From assembly GCF_006345805.1 (NCBI RefSeq), contig NC_043003.1, forward strand, positions 68,014,001 through 68,078,000: a stretch of DNA of 64,000 bases, in the 5' to 3' direction. Below, one piece after another: positions 25,500 through 38,761 of this stretch. The DNA comes from Octopus sinensis (taxonomy: Eukaryota). Within the stretch, counting starts at the first letter, position 1. Every line of letters begins with the position of its first letter. The position numbers and the translations under genes are program-made. A model generated the notes under the pieces. That model was not told the origin of the DNA and searched no databases. It saw nothing but the letters and a program-made list of their open reading frames with translations.

Positions 25500-25886
25500 G
25501 GTGGAAGCACTCTGTCGGTTACGACGATGATGGTTCCGGTTGATCCGAATCAACGGAACAGCCTGCTCGTGAAATTAACATGTAAGTGGCTGAGCACTCC
25601 ACAGACACGTGTACCCTTAACGTAGTTCTCGTGGATATTCAGCGTGACACAGAGAGTGACAAGGGCGGCCCTTTGAAATACAGGTACAACAGAAACAGGA
25701 AGTAAGAGTGAGAGAAAGTTGTGGTGAAAGAGTACAGCAGGGATCACCACCATCCCTGCCAGAGCCTCGTGGAGCTTTTAGGTGTTTTCGCTCAATAAAC
25801 ACTCACAACGTCCAGTCTGGGAATCGAAACCGCGATCTTATGACCGCGAGTCCGCTGCCCTAACCACTGGGCCATTGCGCCTCCAC
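25500..25886 (-). mobile_element. tRNA-derived SINE family C, full length
   Basis: Reverse complement of the 1111-1482 element. 12-bp TSD ATACATATCTGT at 25488-25499 and 25887-25898. Confidence 0.92.
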
Positions 25887-27311
25887 ATACATATCTGTAT
25901 GTATGTATGCATACGTAAGTGTTTGAGATTTTGATTATGATTAGGATGATTGCGTAATTTTATTCTTAACTATCTATAAACCATTATCAACTGCTTTCAA
26001 GAGATGTAACTGATAAATTTAACTGGCTGTATTTCAGTACTTAAGCCTATGAGAAAGGCGATCCTAATTCAATACATTGTCTAAACGTCTCTGGATATCT
26101 GCACAATTATATATAATCCCACTTAACATGCCAAATTAAATATGACGATAAATGCTCAAAAAGTAACCACGAAGCGATATAAATTGATAAGTTCGTTCAC
26201 TAAGATAAGAACATTAATGCCAGTTTGTATAAATCAACATCCCACGGTAGCTGCCGCCAAGAGATTTAAGTAGATATCGTTATTTGTCTGGCTTCAGACA
26301 TCTTTACACAATGTTAACTAAATGTTTAAATTCCTTCCTTCACTATTACTGTAATAAAAGAAATATTTTACCCGTGTCTCTTCATTGAGAATCTGAACAT
26401 TAGATTGATGCACATCATAATAAAGTTCTAAGTTTTGTATACTTACTGCTAAAGCTACTACAGTTCTTAGTGTAGTAACGTTTAGTATCTGTTTATATAT
26501 TTTCTTCAAATGAATAATTTCAAATAGCTAACTCGTGTAGTAGTATCCGTATAAATGAATGCAAAAACCGAAAATGTGTTTGTGTTGCACATAATGTTAG
26601 ACGTCTCGTCAGACATGTTTTTCACTTCTAAATTCCACAGGTGTTTATAAAGCAAACTATGTCATGTATTTGTCACCAGTCTGTTGTTACTCCAAATTAC
26701 TCCGGGTTGATTTCTTTAAGCAAACTCTCTATTGTTGAGAAATGTGTATATCAACTTAGATTATTATTATTGTGTTGAATATAGTACATATGACTTCACG
26801 TCTATTACTGGTAAAAAAAAATCTTTATCGATTTGTGTTTCGTCAATAATTACCAGCTCAACAAGGGTCATCTTCAGCTTCATGGACGTAAATAGATATG
26901 ACTGGTAATATAAAGGTGTATTTCTAGTCGATTACTGCAAGTTCTCTATAAAAAAAGACATTGGCATCACTCCTGAAACACCACGGTAATAAAATTATTC
27001 TGAAAGCTGTAAGATATCGATATGTCTCAGTCAGAAACCTGAAGATAAATTATTGAAAGCAGTTCACTCAATGACACCGCCAATGCGCTTTAAATTTAAA
27101 TTGAACAAGCTAGCACCCATTGCCTCAATGAATGTATTTTTGGTTGTCGTTGGAAAACGAGAAAATAAAAGATTTATAGAGTTTTCTAGAGTGTATATAT
27201 TGATTTATATATTTATAAAGAAACTGTTAAGTGTTTTATAAATAAACTTTGGGTTGAAAAACTTAAGAAACACTATATTGAACACTTCAATATAGTGTTT
27301 AATTCTATAAC

Positions 27312-28524
27312 AATTGTTGGTTGTCCCGGAAGTAATGCATAAGTGGGCATAACCTTTTTGTTAACTGACAAAAGGTTGTTGAAATTACACAGGATGTAGG
27401 AAGGTTTTTTCTGTAAAACGGAATATTCAACTCAGTCATCATAGCAGGACGCATTTGCCGGATCTTTCAACCCAATTCGTTGATCCATTTCAAAAATTTA
27501 GATGTGCACAGTTGCTTCCATGCTTTACAAACATTTTCGCGTTGTTTATAGTATCGAAGCGTTAGTATTACCCAAAATATTTTGCATTAGACCAAACATG
27601 TATTCGATCGATAGAGGAACACTGACCAGCCTAATTTGTCGACTGCTGTCACAGACACGTGTCTGGTCTTATGTATTAATAGAGATGTGGATTATTTTCA
27701 GATACTTCAGGCTGGTTCCTCCTAATGCCTTCTCCTTTTGAATGTTTCTTCTGTTTCTTGTACAGGCACATTCCAGAATATGAAGAATAATAAACTAAGC
27801 GTATCATAAAACAGTCACCATAATTTACATCGCTGCCTTTTGAACTTGCGTCACCCTTCTATGTATTGTGGTTTTACTTCCAAATAATTAAGATAAGCCT
27901 CCGTTTTGTCCCTTGTCAACAAGTCAGAAGTAAAAATAGTTTTCATTGGTTCCATGCACTTTACGAGAATAAGGGAGAGTTCTTCACTTCTCTCCTTCAA
28001 ACTGCATGCAAACTATTGCAGTACCAACTTTGCTTTCATGTCGCAGCACCCGGAGTCTTTCACCATCGTCTGTAATACATATTGACCACATTCCATGTGT
28101 GCAAGAAGCTCGTCGATTCTAACTAGTCTAACGTCGAGAATTTATTCTTCGAACCACTTAAAATTGTGTCACATTCGCAATCTATAATTTCTCCATTAGT
28201 GGTTTTCCATCGACACTGGTTTTAATTATCCTTTAAATTTCTCCTTCCATAATTGCCCAATGATCTTTTCAATGGTGCCATCTCTAAAAAACACACACTT
28301 AGCCACGCAGCCCTATCTGAATCTCGAAGAATTTGTACACACTATCGTCAAGATTTCAGTTAATTCAGTTTGGAATCTAATACTGGCGTGCAATGCAGAA
28401 GAACTGAAAGAAAAGATATTAAAGAGGAAGAATAATTCTACCAACGTGTGCAGTTTGAAAAATCTCTCTGTTAACTATAAAATCTTGTGTCCACTTTTCC
28501 ATTACTTTCGAGAAAACACTTGTA
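27312..28524 (-). mobile_element. Old full-length-size mariner relic with degenerate TIRs
   Basis: The reverse complement of the left end GTTGTCCCGGAAGTAATGCATAAGTGGGCATA aligns with TGTGTCCACTTTTCCATTACTTTCGAGAAAAC near 28490-28518 (25/32). Length is ~1.2 kb. Minus-strand remnants include KFKRQRCKL.VTV, YMFGLMQNILG and KIIGQLWKE. Confidence 0.7.
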
Positions 28525-29298
28525 TCAGAAAGGTTACTTTCAATACACACCATACTGTTTTTACAATTTTTCTTTTTCCCTGAATACATTTCTATATACT
28601 TTAGTAAAAGGAAATAAGTAAATGAAAACCACTATCTGCTTTGTGAATTACTCCACCAATAAATTGAAATTAATGTAAACGTGTTTGTAAAACTGTCATC
28701 AAATACATAAGTCTCGATGTATTCATAATTTTAGCAGCTACGCAGATAGATACGTAGTAATGTCCAATGATTTATTTCATGTTACAGTTACAGATACACG
28801 ATAACAGTAGTTATTCGATTAACAGTACATAATCCTTGTAAATCTATGAAACAATTTCCATAGACTTTTATTATTATTATTAACTTACGTGTCAAGTACG
28901 TTTGCATTAAATCCGTGCTCAAAATCTGCACTTAGACTTACTTAGATTTACTTGCCATATTATCTTATACTGTTTTAGATTTTCAGATACTCAATGTTTT
29001 AAAATCGAAAGAAATTGTAGAGCTTTCTTTATAAAGATTCCAGTCAACTTTGCTATACACTCTACTGACAAAAATATATAAACCATGACACCAATAAAGA
29101 ATCTCACAATGCTCCATCATAAAAACACTGTGTACAAATTCTCTCGTTCTATAATCTAATTACCATTGAAGTGTTAGTGAATAGTTATTATCTCCTCTCT
29201 TTCTTCTTTCTCTCTCTCTCCCTCTTTCTCTTACTCTCTCACTCACTCCTACGCTCTGTCTATAACTATTTTCTCTTTTTCACTATCTCTCTCTCTTG

Positions 29299-29339
<41 letters not shown>

Positions 29340-31270
29340 CAGTGTATGTGCATGTGTGCATGCATATGTGTGTGTGTGAATGTGAATTTCTCTGCGTCTG
29401 TGTGTTTTACAAAGAATTCAAAGGAAATTTATATTAATTTTCGAAATATATTACCATTATTTGCGGTATGTGCACGTAGACATGTGTCTGTATGCGTGTG
29501 TGAGTGTGTGCACGCTTGTGTGTGTATATGTGTGTCTTTCTACGTGTGTGTATGTGTAAGTGTGTGTGTACACACTCGCATGTACACAGACCCACATCAC
29601 AAACACATACACAGATATGCGTATATTTCTATTTCTATCAAGTGTTTCACATTGTGCAATGTGTTTGAGCGGGAGAATAAATCCTGGACGACAATTGGAT
29701 GTAACGGCTTTGTACTTCAGTCATGTTCTTAGATGTACGCATGCGTGTAGGGATTTGCATATGTGAGGGTGTTCGTGCTTTTATTGGAAGTCTTTGTACC
29801 CGCGGCACTGGGTGTATCTTTCGTCCTTACAGTTCACACACATTATGGTGTTCATCTACTTTATCTAGTTAATAACAGAAAAAAACACAATCATCTTTCA
29901 GACAGCACCTTCATTTTTCGGGGAAATTAACACCCTCAGAATAAGAGATACATATGGTATATTGTAGCCTGTTTCTCAGTTATTAGATACATCATTATGT
30001 GATATCAATATGTAAATGTATTGTCAATCAATCGCCTATGAAATTAAATTCCCTCACACTCGTCTATATAAATGGGATTAGACACAGCATTCCCTTCTCG
30101 ACGCTAGCTGCTTTGTCCCTTATCTAATCAGAAACTCGACCTTGTTCTACTCCTCTCGCTCATTTATATCTAACACACACATCCTCTACAAACCACCACA
30201 CGAAGAGCTTTCCCTTGCTCTCCAAAACGTACGTTATGTTTCCTGGATAGAATCCATTAACGAAATGTTTTGTATTTTTAATTATAATTAGAAATTTTCG
30301 AGCTGAGAATAGAACATCAAAATCTTGCTGGGCTCAAATTGGTTTGTTGTGTAGTAGGCACATAACCCTATCCTTCAAAATCTGTTTTATATAAGTTATC
30401 ATCATTTTACGAACTTGTAGGCAGATATTATGTGGTATACGCACCTACTCACACACACGTATGTATGTATATATTTATAGTCATGTGATTCTACCTCACA
30501 GTATTGATGGAAACTTAGCAAACTAACGCTATTAGTTTTCTATAGAGATGAAGTGAAAAGTGAATTAATGCTCATGGTAACCTCTTGATTATTTGAAATC
30601 ATTTTGTTCTCTGTTTTGGTACATGATGTAAAATGTCTTCAATTATAAACTTTATTTGAATTTGACTCAACATTATCAAGGATGGTTTGTTTTTGATATA
30701 TCATGTTTCTTTTAATTAGCCAATTTTCTAAGGCATAGTGCATTGTACTCTTTCGATATTTGAAATGTTAACTAACTTCCCCGTTAGATACAGTGCCAAA
30801 CTGTCTACAATTTGAGTAAATTTTGTAAATATTCTATCTAGTATAGATAGATTTCTAAAGATTTCTATGACATTTTTATGCTAGATTTTTAATGAGAATT
30901 TTGTTGTATAAATTGAAACAACTACAGACATGTTGGATCCATATATTACACAGGACGTTTATTGCCTCTCTATTGATAAAATCAACTAGCATGGTAGCTT
31001 GTATGTAGACAGTAAATATACAGAATGTTATCAAAATTGTTATAACCCAGCTTACCAAATAAGGATTACAAACATTCCAGATTTTGACCAAAAAATACAG
31101 TTATGTCTTTGTTTTGTGGAATATATAGTATTAGGTTTTGAAATATACATGCGAATTAAAGCTTTTTTATTCGGCCTCACAGTACATCAAGATCCAACTA
31201 ACAGTACACTATTGTATTCTGTTCCTGACCACGAGTGGAGAAATTATATTTTCTTTGCTACAAAGATTTA

Positions 31271-31666
31271 TTCTTTTCTTCTCTAAGTACAAGGCCCGAA
31301 ATTTTTGGTGAGTAGGCCAGTCAGTTAGATTCACCTAGTATGCAACTGGTACTTATTTTATCGACCCCGAAAGGATGAAAGCAAAGTCGATCTCGGCGGA
31401 ATTTGAACTCAGAACGTAAAGACAGACGAAATACCTATATCTTTACTACCCACAAGGGGCTAAACACAGAGAGGACAAATAAGGACAGACAAACGGATTA
31501 AGTCGATTATATCGACACCAGTGCGTAACTGAGACTTAATTTATCGACCCCGAAAGAAAGAAAGGCAAAGTCGATCACGGTGGAATTTGAACTCAGAACG
31601 TAAAGACAGACGAAATACCGTGAAGCATTTCGCCCGTCGTGCTAACCTTTCTGCCAGCTCGCCGCC
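31271..31666 (-). mobile_element. SINE family A, two-unit copy
   Basis: TSD TTGCTACAAAGATTTA (31255-31270) / TTGCTATAATGATTTA (31667-31682), 14/16. Two GAACTCAGAACGTAAAGACAGACGAAATACC units. Confidence 0.92.
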
Positions 31667-31919
31667 TTGCTATAATGATTTATGTGTCACGTCATTTGAA
31701 CGTCGGACAAATAAGCTTGCAAAGTTTCTTCTTTCCCTCTTCTCTATAAATTAAAATCTAGTCGAGAACAACTTTGTCTTTCATTCTTTCACTGTCGACA
31801 AATTAATTTCAAATAAATACGGCGGTTAGTTATTCGTTTCTCTTCCTCCCTCCATTCTCTATCTATCGCTTTCTCCTCCCCTCACCCCTCTCTCCCCTAT
31901 CCCCCTCTCTCTCTTTCTC

Positions 31920-32245
31920 TTGGGATTTATTGATAATAAACCCCAACAGCTTATGGCTGTAGTAGCAATACTGGATGATCTGTTGACTTCAGAATTTATT
32001 GAAGATAGTCATGTCTTGAAAGAAATGAAACAAAAGAATGTGCTACTCTCTCTAACATTATTCCCCAACTATGCTAGATTGAAAATTGAAGATTACTGTC
32101 TTAGACTGACCCATGTCCATGAAAAGCCCATATCAAATTTCAACACAATGGCTGGAGAATATCTGACCTGTATACAATGATAATATAACAATGTTTTGTT
32201 GCTGACCCATATTCGTGAGTGTCCCTCTTCCAAATTTGGCAATAC
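31920..32245 (+). pseudogene. Possible decayed transposase N-terminus (PIF/Harbinger-like), tentative
   Basis: The 86-aa ORF (QQLMAVVAILDDLL...RLKIEDYC) and a shifted frame WLENI*PVYNDN loosely resemble the region upstream of the Harbinger F..HFR motif. No diagnostic catalytic motif is present. Confidence 0.25.
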
Positions 32246-32249
32246 AGTA

Positions 32250-32252
32250 CCT

Positions 32253-32303
<51 letters not shown>

Positions 32304-32306
32304 CTA

Positions 32307-32358
<52 letters not shown>
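32250..32358. repeat. (ACT)n microsatellite
   Basis: Direct reading of the sequence. Confidence 0.95.
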
Positions 32359-32360
<2 letters not shown>

Positions 32361-32673
32361 CACTCGCTTCCTTGCTCCCACTCGCTTGTATTCTCTCTAC
32401 CTCTGTTCTCTCTTCTACTTGAACATTTTAATCTTCCCCCACCTTTTCCACACAGTAGCCATTCCTCAAGTGTTAGGTTTGTTATAACTAAAATTTAAGC
32501 CGACAAAAGTAGTATTAATTTTCTTCAATTGGTCAATAGACCAATTGAGTACAACTTATTAGTAATATACCTATAATCATTGCTGGAAACAGCTGTAAGC
32601 CAGATTTGGTCCAATAGAGGAAATATGTAATAACCATTATTTTAAACTTCTTTCTTATATATATGTATGTATG

Positions 32674-33022
32674 AGCGGCTGAGTGGTAAGTAGCTTGCTT
32701 TCCAGCCACATGATTCTATGTTCAGTCCCACTGGGAGATACCTAGAGCAAGTGCTTTTTTCTACTATGGCCTTGGACCGACCAAGACTTTGTGAGTATAT
32801 TTGGTAGATGGAAACTGAAAGACGCCTGTCGTATATATATCTGTGCGTGTGTGTGTATTAATATGTTTGTGTGACGGTGTTTGTTCTCCTACCATCGCTT
32901 GACAACAGAATTTGGTGTGATTATGTTGCCGTAACTTAGACAGAATAAGTACTAAGCTTACAAAAATAAGTCTTGGCGTCGATTTGTTCGACTAAACGTG
33001 ATGCTCCAGCATGGTTGCACTC
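32674..33022 (+). mobile_element. SINE family B, diverged
   Basis: GGCTGAGTGGTAAGTAGCTTG...GTTCAGTCCCACT...GCTCCAGCATGG. Confidence 0.85.
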
Positions 33023-33024
33023 AA

Positions 33025-33850
33025 ATAACTGAAAGTTATCGGGTGGCGTTTAAGCTATCTCCTGTGGAGGGCTCTTCATTTGGCCTTGGGTCCAACAATG
33101 AGACTTCATGCATTGAGTACATATTAAATTTTATTAAACTTGAACAATATATTCCAAGCAATGAACAATTTTCATCAGAACAATGATATAATTTGTTGAC
33201 TTGGGACTTATTGCAAGGCTGCAAGATAATCAACACTACCACCACCATCGTCACCACGCACATCCGCCATACACACACCATTCAGACTTCCGACGCCACC
33301 ATCATTAATAACTTTGACTTCGCTGCCTTCTCCTCTACTACCATCAACACTGTCTTTCACATCGCTTATTCTTATCGTCATCCTTGACCGCCTCGGTTAC
33401 CATCACCATCACCATCATCGCCACCGACTCCGCCTCAATCATAGCTACAGCTGATACTATTACTATCACCCCATTACCATCAGTGTTCAGCATGTTCGTT
33501 CAGTATGTTAGTTCACTGTGTTAATTCGTTGTTCAGTCCCTTTTTCTCTCACATACCCACTCTTTCTCTCTCTTATTACTTCCACTGCCACCATCAACAA
33601 TTCTACTTTTAATAAAACATCATCAACTCCCCCTAAATTTCTTTGTCTCTATTTCTCTCCCTCTTTTTTATCTTTATTTCTTTCTCTCTCACTCTCTCTC
33701 TCTCTCTCTGTCTTCACCACCACCCTCACCGTTTCTATGACTACTATTACTCTCATCCCAGCATGAGTGATAGTAGATGTGTCATTGAATAGTGGGAGAG
33801 TGGGGGTCAAATTGTGACACACTGATACACAGAAATTAGTTTTCGCATTT
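33025..33850. repeat. Unclassified dispersed repeat, copy 1 (paralog at 61110-61775)
   Basis: Shares GTGGAGGGCTCTTCATT, ATTAAATTTTATTAAACTTGA, CAAGCAATGAACAATTTTC, CTTTGACTTCGC, CTATTACTATCACCCCATTAC and GTGTCATTGAATAGTG in the same order with the paralog. Confidence 0.85.
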
Positions 33851-35499
33851 ATTTACATTAATATATATTGGAGGACAACAGATATTGAAAGATACGTATA
33901 TGAACCATAAGGGGAAGCAAAACTAAATACATAAACGTATATGCACACTCGACCATTGTGTGAATGTATGTGTGCGCGAGCAGAATGTATGTGTGTGTGT
34001 ATGTCTGCGCGCGCAGGTGCGCAGTATATGAGTCTGTGTGTGTTTTTTACACAAGTCCATCAATCTTCAGTTACACTCGACTCCAGTAGCAGCTTGTAGA
34101 TAGAATTATTGGGGGTGCTACTTCAGAAAATGTTTAGGCATGGTTTTAATATTGTGTAAAAGGAAACGAACATATAAAAAGAAAATTTACATGTAAATTT
34201 GATTGGTTCACATTTTAGCCACTGTCAGGTAGTGTGGTTAATTTGTTCACTGAACACCACCGCGAATACCCCCTTGTTTTTCAAAATTCCCCCTAAATCA
34301 CTGGAAGCAAGATGATAATCTAATTCAAAACTTTATTAAATTCAAGGATATAAACACGTTTTTAAGTACAGCACACGCGGAGTCAAAAACAAACGCTACC
34401 TTTCACCAGCATACCAGGATCCACAATGCATGAACCACAATACTCTCTCTCCATAATGAGCAGCTTTTTTTTTTATCTCGGACAACAGCCAAACACTACG
34501 TCGCTGGAGCTGTGAAACGCATAGTTCTATACATGTTTTTTTTGTATTTTGTCATAAATTAGAAAACGTCTACTGACATTAAGCTTAAATATTATATGAT
34601 GTATAAGTATACAGAAAGAATTAAAAAAAAAAAGGACTCGTTATATTGCATGTTGTTGATGATATCGTTTGGAAATAGGGAGTGCTGCAGTTCCATATAA
34701 CCTATACACGAGCCGCCACTGCTCGACCCCGTAATCTTGATCAGCTGGTTCAAACGAAATTGAAATTATAAGAAAATGGAGCTCATTTATAAATTTGGAT
34801 ATCGATAATCTTTCAGCTATACGTATGATTCAAAACCGCCAATATCATTGAACTATTCCAGCAGGCGACGAATGCTTTGATACAGAATATGAATTAAATT
34901 CCTTTATATAAGTTATCGTTTTGCAATAAAATCAGAATGGCTTCCATAAAGATATGTTTAATAGGGAATATAAAATCTAGAGAAGAGCTAAAGCACTTTT
35001 CTATCGGTATATTGATATTTTGAAGAACATTGACTAAAAGATGAAGTAATTGATATATTTATATTAAATGCTTAAAATAATGTTAGATTTCAAAGCTGAA
35101 ATTGCAGTGTGCTTTTCACAATGCTAAAATTAATATCCTATTTTTGACGATGTAGATAATATTGAAAATATCGCTAAGAGTATGACACATGGGTTTCCCA
35201 AGCCGTCGTAGTTATTACAAAAAGATAATCTGCTCTATATAATATTTGGCGGAATTAGAATTTTGAAATAGAGGTAAAGTTATAATCTGTTAAACATATT
35301 ATTGTTTTCTACTCATCGCGAAGTCCTAAATATTTTTTGCCTGTTACAACAAGTGACTTAATTTATAAAAGATTTTATGAAATGAAATATTTAATCAAAA
35401 ATAGTATAAAAGTATGCTGGTGTTATAAAGGAAACTTTATGTTCTTAAATATTCGTATTTATAGATGTGGTACATAGATTTTCCACATCTATAAATTTT

Positions 35500-35906
35500 G
35501 CGCAGGAGTGGCTGCGTGGTAAGTAACTTGCTAAACAACCACATGGTTCCGGGTTCAGCCCCACTGCGTGGCATCTTGGGCAGGTGTCTTCTACTATAGC
35601 CCCGGGCCGACCAATGCCTTGTGAGTGGATTTGGTAGACAAAACTGAAAGAAGCCTGTCGTATATATATATATGTATGTGTGTGAGTGTTTGTGTGTCTG
35701 TGCTTGTCCCCCTAGTATTGCTTGACAACCGATGCTGGTGTGTTTACGTCGCCGTCACTTAGCGGTTCGGGAAGAGAGACTGATAGAATAAGTACTGGGC
35801 TTACAAAGAATAAGTCCCGGGGTCGATTTGCTCGACTAAAGGTGGTGCTCCAGCATGGCCGCAGTCAAATGACTGAAACAAGTAAAAGAGTAAAAGAGTA
35901 AAAAGA

Positions 35907-35910
<4 letters not shown>
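35500..35910 (+). mobile_element. SINE family B, full length
   Basis: GCGCAGGAGTGGCTGCGTGGTAAG head, GGTTCCGGGTTCAG box, internal (TA)/(TG) linker and (GTAAAAGA)n tail. Confidence 0.92.
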
Positions 35911-35957
<47 letters not shown>

Positions 35958-36129
35958 ACTGGAACTCGCGCAAAAAGTACAGGAAACTTATATATATACC
36001 GTACTACCTAAACAATGGTACTGCAGATACAATATCTTTACGTATCTCACTCTGATTTTCATTCCTCCACTTCACTCTGTATTTCATATCTTCTCTATAA
36101 TAACAATTGCTTAATCATTTGATCGCACC

Positions 36130-36178
36130 GTCTCTGATGAAGAGATATATAAAATAAACTGGAAACAGCTGTAAGATC
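36130..36178 (+). ncRNA. Type I minimal hammerhead ribozyme motif (Penelope-type)
   Basis: GTCT-CTGATGA(36134-36140)-weak helix II-GAAAC(36163-36167)-AGCT-GTA^(36174)-AGAT. Helix I is GUCU/AGAU. Helix III lies inside the perfect palindrome ACAGCTGT. Confidence 0.7.
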
Positions 36179-36232
36179 TTCTCTCTATCTATGTTCTAAA
36201 ATCTTGGATATTTTGATATCGCATTCTGTTAA

Positions 36233-36273
<41 letters not shown>

Positions 36274-36282
36274 CCACTCTTA

Positions 36283-36477
36283 TAGGCGTTGGAGTGGGTG
36301 TGTGGTAAGTAGCTTGTTTATCAACCACATGGTTCCGGGTTCAGTCCCATTCCGTGGCACCTTGGGCAAGTGTCTTCTACTATAGCCTCGGGTCGACCAA
36401 CGCCTTGTGAGTGGATTTGGTAGACAGAAACTGAAAGAATCCCGTCGAATATATGTATATCTATCTATCTATCTATA

Positions 36478-36564
<87 letters not shown>

Positions 36565-36797
36565 GAGTGTGTGTATATGTTTTTGTGTATGTGTTTGTCC
36601 CCCAACATCGCGTGAGAACCGATGTTGGTGTGTTTACGTCACCGTAAATTAGTGGATCGTCAAAAGAGACCGATATAATAAGTACTAGGCTTACAAAGAA
36701 TGTGTCCTGGAGTCGATTTGCTCGATCAAAGGCGGTGCTCCAGCATGGTCACAGTCAAGATGACTGAAGCAAGTAAAAGAGCAAAAGAGTAAAGACT
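36283..36797 (+). mobile_element. SINE family B, full length, with expanded (ATCT)n/(TA)n linker
   Basis: Same head and tail as the 35500 copy. Confidence 0.9.
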
Positions 36798-37124
36798 ATA
36801 TGTACATATCTATCTCTATATACATATATATATATATCTATATATATATGTATATATCTATATCTATGTATATATATATATATATATATACATTTTGTTC
36901 TCATTCGCGCACATATAATAGATGCAGGAATGGTAAGGATTTTCGTGCAAAGGTACATTCGTACTTATCAAAAGAATATTCATAAAAAAATATAGTCTTT
37001 TATACTATATCTCTAGAAGGTACTAAAAAAAAGCATAAAACACACTGTTAATATCATGGCCGTGCAGTGCATAAATTTGATGCGTCATAACACACTAGCA
37101 AATAATCTGTTGAATAGCAAATAT

Positions 37125-37380
37125 ATACATGCATATATACATACATACATACATACACACACACATACATACATACATACATACATACATACATACATAC
37201 ATACATACATACATACATACATACACACACATACATACATACATACATACATACACACACACATACATACATACATACACACACACATACATACATACAT
37301 ACATACATCATACATACATTCATAAATACATACATACATACATACATACATACGTACACACACATATACACACATATATA
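37125..37380. repeat. (ATAC)n/(AC)n microsatellite
   Basis: Direct reading of the sequence. Confidence 0.95.
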
Positions 37381-37811
37381 CATGTTTGTATGTGGTTCTT
37401 GCATGTGTGTGCGATTGTTTTGGTCATGCGTGTGCATGCGTGTTTCTGCATGAGAGTTCGTATCTGTGTATACAAATAGTTTCTCCTACAATTATGACGG
37501 GCCGACGCAGCACGCACACTTGCATACATGAATAAATAATTAGGCAATAATGTAATCGAAGGTCCAGATAGTTTTTCATATTGAAGTATTTACGCAATTT
37601 TACATTCATATATATTTACAAGATTCTGTGCTTGATCAAGAATAAGTTCATGCGTTCATGAACATGCACTTACGGATATACACACGTAATTGTATGCATG
37701 GATCTGTACACACATGCAAGTCAGATGTAACGTTATGAGCCAATGCACGTGGACATCCATGCATGCATCTTCTATTCACAAACCACATCCGTTCATTGGG
37801 TAACCCGTTGA

Positions 37812-38000
<189 letters not shown>

Positions 38001-38215
38001 TGAAATATTTCCATGCTTCTATGTGTGGAAAAGTATATATCGTCTGATTTGTGAATTATCGTTTGATCATTATTTTATAGCTAAATGTACTTATATATAA
38101 GTATGCATATGTACGAATATATGCATGTACATGTATATATGTGCGTATCTGTGTGCCTGTGTGTGCATGTGTGTACGAATGTGACTATGTAGGTGTGTGA
38201 GTTTGAGTGCGCGTG

Positions 38216-38268
<53 letters not shown>

Positions 38269-38300
38269 TATTCATATACATATACATATATATGTACACA

Positions 38301-38344
<44 letters not shown>

Positions 38345-38377
38345 TATATAGATACATATACAATATATATGTACATA

Positions 38378-38422
<45 letters not shown>

Positions 38423-38678
38423 ATATTAACAAAAACAATATTTTTTTAGGATGATAACTATATACTTTACCAAAGTATAGAGTAAGATTTCGAACCGATG
38501 TATCATTGTAACTGAATATAAAAGACATTAACATATGTACGTACATGAATATTTTTGTTTTGCGTTATATATATATAATCTTACTCCGAAATCTTACTCT
38601 AAAACTAAAGTACATAGTTACCATCCTTCGAAAATATTGTTTTTGTTAATATATACATATATACATGCATATATATGT

Positions 38679-38750
<72 letters not shown>

Positions 38751-38761
38751 TATATATATAT

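Noticed and set aside
30065-30095. TATATAAA box with a downstream initiator-like CATT
   Set aside because: The spacing is too short, such motifs are common at this AT content, and there is no downstream gene.
30876-31286. ORFs with a faint piggyBac-like flavour
   Set aside because: There are no catalytic motifs, TTAA-bounded TIRs or consistent frame.
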